Below are positions 1-9,732 of a stretch of 64,000 nt of DNA, in pieces; position 1 is the first letter of the stretch; each line of letters begins with the position of its first letter. This DNA comes from Eubacteriales bacterium (GTDB lineage: Bacteria; Bacillota; Clostridia; Oscillospirales; CAG-272). Location of the stretch: positions 25,610-89,609 of the forward strand of contig JBGVHJ010000063.1 of assembly GCA_045122255.1 (NCBI GenBank), read 5' to 3'. Under the pieces are notes generated by a model. It was not told the DNA's origin and searched no databases. It worked only from the letters and a program-made list of their open reading frames with translations. The position numbers and the translations under genes were made by a program.

Positions 1-417
1 AGCGAAAAAACGCCCACGGGACAGTATCTTGTATTTAAATACCGCCTTCCCGACGGATGCACCGATAACAACTGGATCGATTTCTTTACCAACACCACTA
101 CACCTAATGCGGCAAACAATTATTCGATTACTTACTCCAAAATGATCAAGGACGGCGAATGGCACGTGGTAGTTTTCGACCTTGCGAAATCAAAGCCCGG
201 CACCTTCATTGTGTCTGAGAACGGCGGATACTACGCACAGCACTTGAGAGTAGATATTTTTGGAGGAGCATTCCCCGAAAGCGTTTACATAGACGTAAAG
301 TTTATCGCATTCGATGACAGTCTTGACGAGATACTTGAGGCAAATAAGGATCTCGGAAGCATTTCTTACTACGACGGTGAATTTCATACGCTGAACACCG
401 ATGTCGTTTCGGATTAA
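1..417 (+). CDS. C-terminal fragment (5' end outside the window) of a large surface/secreted protein; paralog of part of the 56333-60721 lipoprotein
   Basis: Frame 1 is open from base 1 (SEKTPTGQYLVFKYRLPDG...) to TAA 415-417. TGQYLVFKYRLP...EWHVVVFDLAKSKPGTF...LRVDIFGGAF aligns by eye with TGKYLVIKYRVP...NWHVDVIDLTKTSLSTF...LRFDIFNKAF of the 1485-aa ORF. Confidence 0.7.
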   Translation, partial: SEKTPTGQYLVFKYRLPDGCTDNNWIDFFTNTTTPNAANNYSITYSKMIKDGEWHVVVFDLAKSKPGTFIVSENGGYYAQHLRVDIFGGAFPESVYIDVKFIAFDDSLDEILEANKDLGSISYYDGEFHTLNTDVVSD

Positions 418-440
418 TACAGAATAGCAAAATATATTTC

Positions 441-475
441 AAAAACTCCCCTGCCGTATGGCAGAGGAGTTTTTG
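441..475. terminator. Bidirectional rho-independent terminator between convergent genes
   Basis: AAAAACTCCCCTGCC-GTAT-GGCAGAGGAGTTTTT, with an A-run and a T-run on either side. Confidence 0.75.
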
Positions 476-494
476 TATATAAAAAACTATTAAA

Positions 495-1337
495 TTAAAT
501 ATACTCCATATAAATGACTTCTATATCAGTCGCAAAGAAAAAAGACTTAAATTCCACTGTGTTGGTTTCGGGAATGAACTGGCAAATAAAAAATGGATAC
601 AAGCCATTATTTGTTTCAATTCTATAGATCAAGTATATCTGATCTTTTCCATTCTCCTCAAAAACCAAAAATTTGTAATTGAAATAATCAAGACCTTTCA
701 GCGCTTCGCCGAAATCGCTATTAAGCAGCATTTCATTGTAAATACAGTATTTTGTGTTTTTATCGTTATTGATGATTTCAATAAAATCAGTGGAACGATT
801 GCAAAAATAATTCTTTTTTGTGTTTTTTTGATAATCAGAAAGCGATTTATTGTTACCCTCTGACACGGTTATATACTCTCCACTGATAATATCAAAAGAA
901 TCAATTATTCGCGATGATTCATCAAATGCGTTTTTTTCATAATGCTGCACATAAAACGTATTTTTATCTGCCGTTGCCCAAGGATGTGTTTTATATCCGC
1001 TTTTTTCAAAAATCAATTTTTTGTTATTTCCGTAATAATCACATTCATAGACACAAAAGGAAAAATCAAACGCTCCATTTTCTCTTGATGTTGAAAAATA
1101 CAGTTTGCCGTTTGCAAACAGATAACCGTTGTTTAAATCTTCATTTTCAATGATATTGTAAAGCTTTAAAGTATGGTCGGCAAAATAAAACTCTCGTCCA
1201 TCACAAATAGCAACTACATTATCATCCGGGGAATAGGCATCAAATCTTTGCTTTAATTCTTCCCCACTGGGACCGCAAGAAGCAAAGCTCAAAATCAAAA
1301 GCATCAAAAAAATAACCGACATTAATCGAAGTTTCAT
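495..1337 (-). CDS. Lipoprotein of unknown function
   Basis: The ORF track starts at GTG 1346, but the ATG at 1337 follows AGGGGTGG at SD distance. MKLRLMSVIFLMLLILSFASC is a signal peptide plus lipobox. No catalytic motif recognised. Confidence 0.6.
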   Translation of the reverse strand: MKLRLMSVIFLMLLILSFASCGPSGEELKQRFDAYSPDDNVVAICDGREFYFADHTLKLYNIIENEDLNNGYLFANGKLYFSTSRENGAFDFSFCVYECDYYGNNKKLIFEKSGYKTHPWATADKNTFYVQHYEKNAFDESSRIIDSFDIISGEYITVSEGNNKSLSDYQKNTKKNYFCNRSTDFIEIINNDKNTKYCIYNEMLLNSDFGEALKGLDYFNYKFLVFEENGKDQIYLIYRIETNNGLYPFFICQFIPETNTVEFKSFFFATDIEVIYMEYI

Positions 1338-1373
1338 TGTTTCCACCCCTAATTAATAGTTTCCTATATTTTA

Positions 1374-1402
1374 ATACTAACATAGAACTTCACTTTTGTC
1401 AA
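1374..1402 (-). promoter_or_regulatory. Candidate promoter of the 495-1337 lipoprotein gene
   Basis: On the minus strand: TTGACA (1402-1397), 17 nt, TAGTAT (1379-1374). Confidence 0.4.
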
Positions 1403-1460
1403 TAGGGGATCAAAATAAAATATAAGTTTACAAAATTTACAAAATTCAACCTACAAACTA

Positions 1461-1489
1461 TTTACAAATTATATTTTTTGTGGTATAAT
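1461..1489 (+). promoter_or_regulatory. Sigma-A-type promoter of the TerB/ATPase/helicase operon
   Basis: TTTACA (1461-1466), a 17-nt spacer, then TGgTATAAT (-10 at 1484-1489). Confidence 0.6.
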
Positions 1490-1527
1490 GATATATTACA
1501 AAAGTTCTTTAAAAAGGAGGGGTTGTT

Positions 1528-3285
1528 ATGTCAGAAAACGAAAAGAAAGACTTTGGTGGCGATGATTTTTGGAATCTTGACGAATACGCGAAGAAAAAAG
1601 CGCCCAAAACTCCTGTTAAGCAGTTTTCCAAAAGCGCAACCCAAGCGGTTGAAATTGGCGGTGTTGATAAAAACGGGGGCTCACCCGTAAGCTTTTCCGA
1701 CAGCAGGCTTTCAACAAAAGATTCAGACAGTACCATCACAAGGTTTATCCCTCCCCACAAGGATTCTGTATTTTCGAAAAAATACGTTCTATTTGAATAT
1801 GAGCCGCAAAATCCTCTTATAAAAAGCGTTAAGATCTGCGCCGACAGACCTGACGAAAAGCTTTTCCCCGAAACGAACCTTTTTATAAGAGAGCGTCGCG
1901 CCCTGCTTAACCGAAAAGCATCGGAATGCCCTCACGCTACCTATTATTCCTATTCTCCGCGCTACTCACAGATGAGCCGCGCCCAGCTTTCTTATTACCT
2001 ATGGTGGCGCGAAAATACAAGAAACGGCATATTCCTTAAGGCCGACGAATCCTATATTATTCTTTACGCCTATGAGCTTGCGGCAACGGGCGAAGGCGAG
2101 GACAAGCAAGCCGCGCTTGATATGCTTTGCGCCCTTCTGAAAAATTACACCGAAAAGGATATAAACGTGGTTTTCAGAATGATGATACGGGATATTATCT
2201 GCGACTTTTGTCTCATTCACGGTTTATCAGCTCCTTTGGAGCAGCTTTCGGGCGTGGGTCGGATACTGACGGCAAACGCGTTTTTGCCCGAATTTTTCAT
2301 CGATCTTTCCGAGAATAACCGTTCTCTCGCTATGGATCTCGGTCTTCCCGCGATTTCTATGTATGACTACAGAAAAAGCAAATTTTACACACCCGAGAAC
2401 AAGGAAATCTTCAAAAAAGCGATGAACGGTGCGCTTTCTGCAATGATCCGCGATGAAAACGCCTTCGGCGCGATCACATCTTTTACAAACGGAATGTACG
2501 GATGTGTGACGAGCGAGCGCAGGCCATTTGCGCGAATGATAAATATCGTCAATCGCTCAATTCGCTTTGAAATAACCTATTATCAGATCGCTAACATTCA
2601 ATCGGCTGTCACCGATGCTATGCGCTACTCGGAAAATAAGCTTCGCGAGCACATAGGCATCAAAAATAAGCTTCACATAATGGCGATAAATCCCGACATC
2701 AGATCGGCATTGGATGCATTTTTCAATGAAAACTATCCCCCCATGCCCGTGGTCGACAGACGGCGCAGAGATTCAAGGATCGCCGAAGAAGAGCCTCACG
2801 AATACGATAGGTTTTACGACGTTCCAAAAACCGAGCTTTCTCCCGAGCGCGCTCTCGAGATCGAAAGAGAGTCCTGGAGCACCACAAAGATACTGACCGA
2901 GGCTTTTGGAGACGAAGGTGAAGTAAAATTCGAAGAAAGCACAACGCTCAATGCTCCCGAGCTTATAATAGAACCGATATCCGAGCCCGTGTCCACGAAG
3001 GAATCGACCGTTGAAGAATCGTTTGAAGTCGCGGCTCAATCGCAGAGCGCAGGCGGTCTTTTTGAGAAGATAAAATCCGAGCTTGGAGAAATAGCCGAGC
3101 TTATTACATTGTGCAAATCCCCTTCACCGACCGAGCAACGTCGATTTGCCTCGGCACACGGTCTGACCCTTGATGAAATAGCAGACAGAATAAACGAATG
3201 TGCCGCTGACGTCTTCGGCGACATTATTCTTGAGGACGTAGGCTCAGCTTACGGAATCCTTGAAGATTATATTGACCAATTTTAA
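1528..3285 (+). CDS. TerB-N / TerB-C domain protein (SngA-like component of a Shango-type triad)
   Basis: 585 aa with no signal peptide or TM segment. The core ...HATYYSYSPRYSQMSRAQLSYYLWWRENTRNGIFLKADESYIILYAYELA... fits the TerB-N signature as I recall it. The tail ...LTLDEIADRINECAADVFGDIILED... fits TerB-C. SD AAAAGGAGGGG lies upstream of ATG 1528. Confidence 0.75.
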   Translation: MSENEKKDFGGDDFWNLDEYAKKKAPKTPVKQFSKSATQAVEIGGVDKNGGSPVSFSDSRLSTKDSDSTITRFIPPHKDSVFSKKYVLFEYEPQNPLIKSVKICADRPDEKLFPETNLFIRERRALLNRKASECPHATYYSYSPRYSQMSRAQLSYYLWWRENTRNGIFLKADESYIILYAYELAATGEGEDKQAALDMLCALLKNYTEKDINVVFRMMIRDIICDFCLIHGLSAPLEQLSGVGRILTANAFLPEFFIDLSENNRSLAMDLGLPAISMYDYRKSKFYTPENKEIFKKAMNGALSAMIRDENAFGAITSFTNGMYGCVTSERRPFARMINIVNRSIRFEITYYQIANIQSAVTDAMRYSENKLREHIGIKNKLHIMAINPDIRSALDAFFNENYPPMPVVDRRRRDSRIAEEEPHEYDRFYDVPKTELSPERALEIERESWSTTKILTEAFGDEGEVKFEESTTLNAPELIIEPISEPVSTKESTVEESFEVAAQSQSAGGLFEKIKSELGEIAELITLCKSPSPTEQRRFASAHGLTLDEIADRINECAADVFGDIILEDVGSAYGILEDYIDQF

Positions 3286-3299
3286 AGTTGGAGGATAAT

Positions 3300-4697
3300 A
3301 TGAACGAAAACATACAGAATAATATGCCTCAAGTGCCTCGCCGCATACTTTCTTCCCTGCTTTCAAGTATTTCCGCGGGAGTTGTGCCGAGAGCGGGCGC
3401 GCCTTATATTGCAATAGGCAGAAAAGATGAAATACAGGCATTTCTCTCCGACCTTGAGGAGATAAACGAGGGCGGCGGAGCTATGCGCTTCCTTATTGGT
3501 CGCTACGGAAGCGGTAAGAGCTTTCTTATTCAGCTTATCCGCGGCTACGCTCTTGAGCGTGATTTTCTCACCGCAGATTGCGACCTCTCTCCCGAGAGAA
3601 AGCTGAGCGGAAGCGGAAACAGCGCAATTGCGACCTACCGCGAGCTGATGAAAAATCTCGCGTCAAAATCCTCGCCCGACGGTGGTGCTCTCCCCAAGAT
3701 CATCTCCCGTTGGATAGGCAAGATACGCGGTGAGCTTATATCCGAGGACATTTCCCCCGACGATGAAAGATTCGAGCGCGAGCTTGGCAAAAGAATATAC
3801 GCGGAGCTTTCCGAGCTTGAATTTTTGGTAGGCGGCTTTGATTTTGCCCGCGTGATACTTGAATACTACAAGGCAAGCGTATCGGACGGAGAGGAATCTA
3901 CCGCCCGTATGAGCGCATGTCTGCGTTGGCTGAGAGGCGAATATTCCACCAAGACCGAGGCGAAGGCAGGACTGGGATTCTCGGTTTCGGTTATTATAAA
4001 CGACGACAACTGGTACGATTTTCTCAAGCTTTGGGCGGTATTGTCCAAGAAGATGGGATACCGCGGACTTGTGGTATTTATCGACGAGTGCGTAAATCTT
4101 TACAAGATCCCCCACCGCGTCAGCCGCGAGAACAACTACGAAAAGATACTCTCGATGTTCAACGACACCCTGCAGGGTCGAGCTCCCGGACTTGACATAA
4201 TCTTCGGCGGCACTCCTCAGTTCCTTGAGGACACAAGGCGCGGACTTTTCAGCTATGAGGCTCTCAGATCCCGTCTTTGCGACAGTAAATTTGCTCTTGA
4301 CGGCTTTAAAAACCTTATCGGCCCCGTTATTCGCCTGCGCCGTCTTACCGACGACGAGCTTTTCGCGCTTATTCAGCGCATAACGGTGCTTTATTCCCAA
4401 TTTTATCAGTGGGATTGCCGTGTGACTAACGAGGACAGACTGAAGTTTCTTAACATCTGCCTCTCTCGCGCGGGAGCTGACAGTATGATCACCCCCCGTG
4501 AAATGCTCCGCGACTATATGACGGTGCTCAATATTTTGATGCAGAATCCCGAAGCAAGCTTTGACGACGTTGTAGGCACTCACGTAACACTGAAGACCGC
4601 AAACGACGATCCCGACACTCTTCCCGAGGAAAACGAAAAGCCCTCAGAAGGCGCGGTAATAACAAAGAAATTCACCGCAAACGATATTGAATTTTAA
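3300..4697 (+). CDS. DUF2791 / BrxD-like P-loop ATPase (SngB-like)
   Basis: Walker A is GRYGSGKSF and Walker B is LVVFIDEC. Flanking strings AGVVPRAGAPYIAIGRKDEI and SSPDGGALPKIISRW are typical of the DUF2791 family as I recall it. ATG 3300 follows GGAGG (3289-3293) and is preferred over TTG 3288. It starts 14 nt after the upstream stop. Confidence 0.75.
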   Translation: MNENIQNNMPQVPRRILSSLLSSISAGVVPRAGAPYIAIGRKDEIQAFLSDLEEINEGGGAMRFLIGRYGSGKSFLIQLIRGYALERDFLTADCDLSPERKLSGSGNSAIATYRELMKNLASKSSPDGGALPKIISRWIGKIRGELISEDISPDDERFERELGKRIYAELSELEFLVGGFDFARVILEYYKASVSDGEESTARMSACLRWLRGEYSTKTEAKAGLGFSVSVIINDDNWYDFLKLWAVLSKKMGYRGLVVFIDECVNLYKIPHRVSRENNYEKILSMFNDTLQGRAPGLDIIFGGTPQFLEDTRRGLFSYEALRSRLCDSKFALDGFKNLIGPVIRLRRLTDDELFALIQRITVLYSQFYQWDCRVTNEDRLKFLNICLSRAGADSMITPREMLRDYMTVLNILMQNPEASFDDVVGTHVTLKTANDDPDTLPEENEKPSEGAVITKKFTANDIEF

Positions 4698-4745
4698 TTT
4701 ATGGCATCTACCACCCCAAGGTAGTGACAAACAAAGGAGGACGAA

Positions 4746-7091
4746 ATGACAGAGGCAGACAGAATATTTGAACGCTTTCCCGATTATATTCGAGAGTACA
4801 TCTATTCTCACTCATGGGAATCTCTGCGCGCCGTTCAAGTAGCGGCGGCAAAAACGATATTTGACACCGAAAACAATCTGCTACTCACCTCCTCCACAGC
4901 AAGCGGAAAGACCGAGGCGGCATTTTTCCCCATTCTTTCACTTCTTAACGAAGATCCGCCCGCCAGCGTTGGAGTGCTTTACATCGCCCCCTTGAAGAGC
5001 CTTATAAACGATCAGTTTGAGCGACTTGAAGAGGTTCTTGATATGACGGGAGTCAAGGTGACTCACTGGCACGGCGACGTTGCGGCATCTCACAAAAGGC
5101 GGCTTCTGGAAAAGCCAGAGGGAATATTGCAGATCACTCCCGAATCTCTCGAGGCTATGCTTATCAACCGTTCCAACGATATTCCGCGTCTTTTCGGAGA
5201 CCTCCGTTTCGTTGTAATTGACGAGATACACACACTGACAGGCACCGACCGAGGCAATCAGATAATCTGCCTGCTCTCGAGAATTGCCCATCTTATTGGA
5301 TATCATCCGCGCCGCATTGCCCTCTCCGCTACTATAGGAGACCCTACTCTCGCTGCCGAATGGCTGAATGCTGATACCGGAAGAGATATAGACGTGCCCG
5401 AATTGGCTCAGGAGAAGATTCGCTGGAGGCTGGGGCTTGAGCACTTCTATATCCAAAATCCCGAGGTTGAGGCATATAAGGAGCAGCAAAAAAAGGCTCA
5501 GATTACCGAGTCAAAGCCTGATAATGATGTGATTTTCGTTGAAAAGACCGCTGACGCTCCCGACAGTCAAAATTACACCGAAAATAGCGAGGCATATGAA
5601 AAGGTTGGCGGAAGCAAGCCTTATTACATCGATCCCGGCTACGAATACGCTTACGATTGTGTAAAAGATAAAAAATCCTTGGTCTTCTCCAATTCGCGAG
5701 AGGAGACAGAATACGTCTGCGCCACGCTCCGTCAGATAGCAAGGCTACGCGGTGACGAGGACTCGCACATTCTTATTCATCACGGCAATCTCTCGGCATC
5801 GCTTCGAGAGGAAGCCGAGATGAAAATGCGCGACGATGAGGAATTTGCCGTCACCTGTGCAACGGTCACTATGGAGCTTGGAATTGATATAGGTCAGCTT
5901 GAACGCGTTATGCAGGTCGAAGCTCCCAACAGCGTTTCAAGCTTTTTGCAGAGGCTGGGTCGCTCGGGCAGACGAAGCCAGACTCCCGAAATGATGATGG
6001 TATTCCGCGAGGAGGAGGCTCTCCCCAACACTCCTCTGCCGCAGCTTATTCCATGGGAGCTGCTTCGCGGTATCGCGATCATTCAGCTTTACATTGAGGA
6101 ACGCTTTATCGAGCCTCCCACGCGCAAAAAGATGCCCTTCAGTCTGATTTTCCATCAGACACTTTCAATGTTGGCTTCATCAGGTGAGCTTACTCCCGCG
6201 CGCCTTGCGCAAAGGGTGCTCTCTCTTCCTCCCTTCAGATTTGTAAGCCGCGAAGACTATAAAGCCCTTATAGTTTCGATGCTGAATAACGGCTTTATTG
6301 AGATGACCGAGGAAAAGGGGCTTATAGTCGGTCTTGTTGGCGAAAGACTCTTGAAGAGCTTCAAATTTTACGCGGTATTCAAGGATAGCGAGGATTTCAC
6401 GGTGCGTTGCGGCTCCGACGAGATCGGAACGATAACCACTCCCCCGCCCGTTGGCGACAGATTTGCTTTGGCAGGTCGCGTGTGGGAGGTGGAGGAGCTC
6501 GACATTACAAGAAAGCTGCTTTACGTTAAAAAGGTTGACGGCAAGATGGAGGTCTCGTGGCCCGGCGACTTCGGCGAGATACACACCAAAATTTTGCGCC
6601 GTATGAGGCGGATACTTGAGGAGGACACAGTTTATCCCTATCTCAAGGAAAACGCCTTAAAACGCTTAAATCAGGCTCGTGCGACCGCTCGAAACACCGG
6701 AATGCTTGAGCACTCTCTCGTTCATCTTGGCGGCTACTCCTGGTGTCTCTTCCCTTGGCTTGGAACACGCTCCTTCCGCACTCTGCGCAAGTACATAAAG
6801 AAAAATGCCGCGGCAAATAACCTGAGCGGCATAGAGTTTGAGGGCTGCTATTATATCACCTTCAAGATGGAAAAGGTATCGGATATACAGTTCATTTCCC
6901 GTCTGCTTGACGGAGTTGAGCGCGAGGGCATCGTGTGCGAGCACCTCGTCGAGAATAGCGAGATACCCGTGTTCGAAAAATATGATAACTATATTCCCCA
7001 CGACCTTCTTCGCAAGGCTTATGCCGCAGATAAGTTGCGAGCAGATGAAGCAGAAGCTCAGATACGAGCGATATTCGAAGAATTTGAATAA
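4746..7091 (+). CDS. Lhr-like SF2 DEXH-box helicase (SngC-like / BrxHI-like)
   Basis: 781 aa. Motif I is STASGKTEAA, II is VVIDEIH, III is SAT and VI is QRLGRSGRR. The long C-terminal region resembles the Lhr DEAD/H-associated region. SD is AAAGGAGG. Confidence 0.85.
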   Translation: MTEADRIFERFPDYIREYIYSHSWESLRAVQVAAAKTIFDTENNLLLTSSTASGKTEAAFFPILSLLNEDPPASVGVLYIAPLKSLINDQFERLEEVLDMTGVKVTHWHGDVAASHKRRLLEKPEGILQITPESLEAMLINRSNDIPRLFGDLRFVVIDEIHTLTGTDRGNQIICLLSRIAHLIGYHPRRIALSATIGDPTLAAEWLNADTGRDIDVPELAQEKIRWRLGLEHFYIQNPEVEAYKEQQKKAQITESKPDNDVIFVEKTADAPDSQNYTENSEAYEKVGGSKPYYIDPGYEYAYDCVKDKKSLVFSNSREETEYVCATLRQIARLRGDEDSHILIHHGNLSASLREEAEMKMRDDEEFAVTCATVTMELGIDIGQLERVMQVEAPNSVSSFLQRLGRSGRRSQTPEMMMVFREEEALPNTPLPQLIPWELLRGIAIIQLYIEERFIEPPTRKKMPFSLIFHQTLSMLASSGELTPARLAQRVLSLPPFRFVSREDYKALIVSMLNNGFIEMTEEKGLIVGLVGERLLKSFKFYAVFKDSEDFTVRCGSDEIGTITTPPPVGDRFALAGRVWEVEELDITRKLLYVKKVDGKMEVSWPGDFGEIHTKILRRMRRILEEDTVYPYLKENALKRLNQARATARNTGMLEHSLVHLGGYSWCLFPWLGTRSFRTLRKYIKKNAAANNLSGIEFEGCYYITFKMEKVSDIQFISRLLDGVEREGIVCEHLVENSEIPVFEKYDNYIPHDLLRKAYAADKLRADEAEAQIRAIFEEFE

Positions 7092-7100
7092 ATAATATAG

Positions 7101-7124
7101 TCCCCCGACAATACTGTCGGGGGA
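7101..7124. terminator. Hairpin terminator closing the TerB/ATPase/helicase operon (shared with the convergent LRR gene)
   Basis: TCCCCCGACA-ATAC-TGTCGGGGGA, a 10-bp perfect stem, 10 nt after the helicase stop and followed by TTATATTATT. Confidence 0.7.
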
Positions 7125-7129
7125 TTATA

Positions 7130-7876
7130 TTATTCTTCGGTAACGTAATTGTAAATTATCGTTGCATTTGTGAGATTTAAATTATAAGAACCAATACTTA
7201 TCGACGCCCACTCTTCTTCCGTACCAGTGTAATATACCGTTTTAAGACTTGAACAACCGTCGAACGCATATTTATCAATGCTTGTCACAGTATCGGGAAT
7301 AGTTATACTCTCAAGGCTTGAGCAAGTGTCGAACGCACAATAACCAATGCTTTCTACCCCCTTGGGAATAGTTATGCTCTCGAGGCTTGAGCACTTGTAG
7401 AACGTCATGTTACAAATACTTGTTACACCTTCAGGAATATTTATGCTCTTAAGATTTGAACATCCTGAAAACGCCTCAACACCAATACTTGTAACACACT
7501 CGGGGATACTTATGCTAGTAATACTTCTGCAAGCACTGAACGCATAATCACCAATACTTGTAACACTTTTTGGAATAGTAACACTCTTCAAATAATTAGC
7601 ACCAATAAATGCTGACTTGAGAATTTGCGTTACAGGCTTACCTTGGTAAGTCGACGGAATACTTATGTTGTCGAGATATGCTGTGTTTTTTCCACTAACA
7701 CCATAGCTTCCGTCGGGTAAGGAATAAAAATTCAAATTAAGATAGCTACCAATATCAGCAGCATTATCTTGCTCACTTTCATCGATTTGTTGTTCTTCTT
7801 CGCTATCACACGCCACGAATATGGGCAACACAAGGAAAAAAGCTAATAAGAGAACTAAAAGTTTTGTTTTTTTCAT
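7130..7876 (-). CDS. Lipoprotein with BspA-type leucine-rich repeats
   Basis: MKKTKLLVLLLAFFLVLPIFVAC is a signal peptide plus lipobox, and GGAGGA lies 7 nt upstream of ATG 7876. There are about 22-aa repeats of the form xSITIPxxVTSIGxxAFxxCSSL. Confidence 0.8.
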   Translation of the reverse strand: MKKTKLLVLLLAFFLVLPIFVACDSEEEQQIDESEQDNAADIGSYLNLNFYSLPDGSYGVSGKNTAYLDNISIPSTYQGKPVTQILKSAFIGANYLKSVTIPKSVTSIGDYAFSACRSITSISIPECVTSIGVEAFSGCSNLKSINIPEGVTSICNMTFYKCSSLESITIPKGVESIGYCAFDTCSSLESITIPDTVTSIDKYAFDGCSSLKTVYYTGTEEEWASISIGSYNLNLTNATIIYNYVTEE

Positions 7877-7928
7877 AGTCATTTCCTCCATAATAGTAAA
7901 ATGCATAATTTATACAATGTTCATAATG

Positions 7929-7957
7929 ATTATATCACACATTGATTTTTTTGTCAA
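7929..7957 (-). promoter_or_regulatory. Promoter of the LRR lipoprotein gene
   Basis: On the minus strand: TTGACA (7957-7952), 17 nt, TGaTATAAT (-10 at 7934-7929). Confidence 0.6.
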
Positions 7958-7984
7958 CATTAAAAAATTTTTCGTCATAAACAC

Positions 7985-8016
7985 AAAAGGGCACCGCAAT
8001 TTGCGGTGCCTTTTTT
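7985..8016 (-). terminator. Terminator hairpin downstream of rny
   Basis: GGCACCGCAA/TTGCGGTGCC palindrome, flanked by AAAA and TTTTTT. Confidence 0.65.
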
Positions 8017-8142
8017 GTGGGTTATCAAATATTTTTATCCGGCATTGCCGTGGTAATAAGCCTCTGTGTTCTATGTTAAAATATATGTGAATCCTTAACT
8101 GTAACTAAGGAACAAAGATTACAGAATTTTCTGTATATTTGA

Positions 8143-9732
8143 TTATTTCGCGTAGTCGACTGCGCGGCTCTCGCGAATGAGGTTGATCTTGATCTGTCCG
8201 GGATACTTGACTTCATTCTGGATCTTCTGCGCCATTTCACGGGCGATGACCTTCATGCCTGCGTCGTTGACCTCCTCGGGCTTGACCATAACTCTGATCT
8301 CACGTCCTGCCTGAATTGCGAATGCCTTGTCGATTCCTTCAAAGCTCTTTGCGATCTCTTCAAGCTTTTCAAGACGCTTGATGTAATTTTCCATATCCTC
8401 ACGTCTTGCACCGGGTCTTGCCGCGCTGATAGCGTCAGCAGCCTGAACAAGCACTGCGATAATGGTCTTGGGTTCAACGTCATTGTGGTGCGCCTCGATA
8501 GCGTGGACAACCTCGCGGCTTTCCTTGTACTTCTTAACGGCATTTACACCGATCTCAACGTGGGAGCCCTCAACGTCGTGGGGGAATGCTTTACCGATAT
8601 CGTGGAGCAGACCTGCGCGCTTCGCAAGATTACTGTCTACGCCAAGCTCGTCCGCCATGATACCTGCCAGGAACGCGACCTCAATAGAATGCTTGAGAAC
8701 GTTCTGACCGTAGCTGGTTCTGTACTTAAGTCTACCGAGCAATCTTACAAGCTCGGGGTTGATTCCGTGGATGCCGACCTCAAAGGTTGCTCTCTCTCCT
8801 GCCTGCTTGACAGAAACGTCAACCTCCTTCTGTGCCTTTTCAACCATTTCCTCAATTCTCGCGGGATGGATTCGTCCATCGGAGATAAGTCTCTCGAGAG
8901 CGATTCTCGCTACCTCACGTCTTACGGGATCGAAGCCCGACAGCGTGATGGTTTCGGGGGTATCGTCAATAATAAGCTCAACGCCTGTAAGCGTTTCGAT
9001 CTTCTGGATGTTACGTCCTTCACGTCCGATAATTCTTCCCTTCATTTCCTCGCTGGGCAGAGCCACACTGGAAACGGTAGCCTCGGATACGTGGTCGGAT
9101 GCATATCTCTGAATTGCCAAAGACAGAATGTTCTTTGCCTTTTCGTCTGCTTCTTCCTTGAACTGAGTCTCAAGCTCGTCGAGTCTCTGTGCAAGCTCAT
9201 GCTTTGCTTCGGACTCAACTCTTTCAATAAGCTCTTCCTTAGCTCTTTCGGACGAATAGCCCGAGATCTCCTCAAGCTTCTTGACCTGCTCGCCGATCAT
9301 TTCGTCAGCCTTTTCCTGCAGAAGCTCGTAATCCTTGATCTTCTTGTCAAGAACCTCGTTCTTCTTTTCAAGAGCCTCACTCTTCTTGTCAAGAGTTTCC
9401 TCTTTCTTGGTCAAGCGATTCTCGGTGCGTGTGATCTCGTTTCTTCTTTCCTTGATCTCACGGTCAAGCTCATTTCTCTGAGCCATAATAGTCTCTTTAG
9501 CTTCGATCAAAGACTCCTTCTTTGCAGATTCAGCATTTTTCTTTGCCTCTTCAAGAATCTTAACCGCCTCAGCCTCGGCAGAGCCGATCTTGGACTCGCC
9601 AACCTTTTTTCTGATAAGAATTCCAATCAGAATTCCCAGAGTGCCTGCTACAACAGTACAAATAACACCTACAAGGATCGGTATTCCGATCTGCAATACT
9701 TCATTAGGTATTATACTTAATGCTATTGGCAT
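8143..9732 (-). CDS. rny: Ribonuclease Y
   Basis: N-terminal TM segment plus coiled coil, a KH motif ([15 protein letters not shown]) and an HD domain (HSIEVA...LLHDIGK). Confidence 0.95.
   Translation of the reverse strand: MPIALSIIPNEVLQIGIPILVGVICTVVAGTLGILIGILIRKKVGESKIGSAEAEAVKILEEAKKNAESAKKESLIEAKETIMAQRNELDREIKERRNEITRTENRLTKKEETLDKKSEALEKKNEVLDKKIKDYELLQEKADEMIGEQVKKLEEISGYSSERAKEELIERVESEAKHELAQRLDELETQFKEEADEKAKNILSLAIQRYASDHVSEATVSSVALPSEEMKGRIIGREGRNIQKIETLTGVELIIDDTPETITLSGFDPVRREVARIALERLISDGRIHPARIEEMVEKAQKEVDVSVKQAGERATFEVGIHGINPELVRLLGRLKYRTSYGQNVLKHSIEVAFLAGIMADELGVDSNLAKRAGLLHDIGKAFPHDVEGSHVEIGVNAVKKYKESREVVHAIEAHHNDVEPKTIIAVLVQAADAISAARPGARREDMENYIKRLEKLEEIAKSFEGIDKAFAIQAGREIRVMVKPEEVNDAGMKVIAREMAQKIQNEVKYPGQIKINLIRESRAVDYAK

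Noticed and set aside
1528-7091. Reading the operon as a tellurite-resistance (ter) locus or as a BREX system
   Set aside because: There are no terZABCDE-type genes and no genuine TerB/TerD domains, only TerB-N and TerB-C. There is no PglX, PglZ, BrxA, BrxB or BrxC. The triad matches the stand-alone TerB/ATPase/helicase architecture instead.
8485-9720. A 411-aa ORF on the plus strand, antisense to rny
   Set aside because: It lies entirely inside the confidently identified RNase Y gene. Its translation is low-complexity and Leu/Ser-rich with no motif. This is a typical shadow ORF produced by codon bias.
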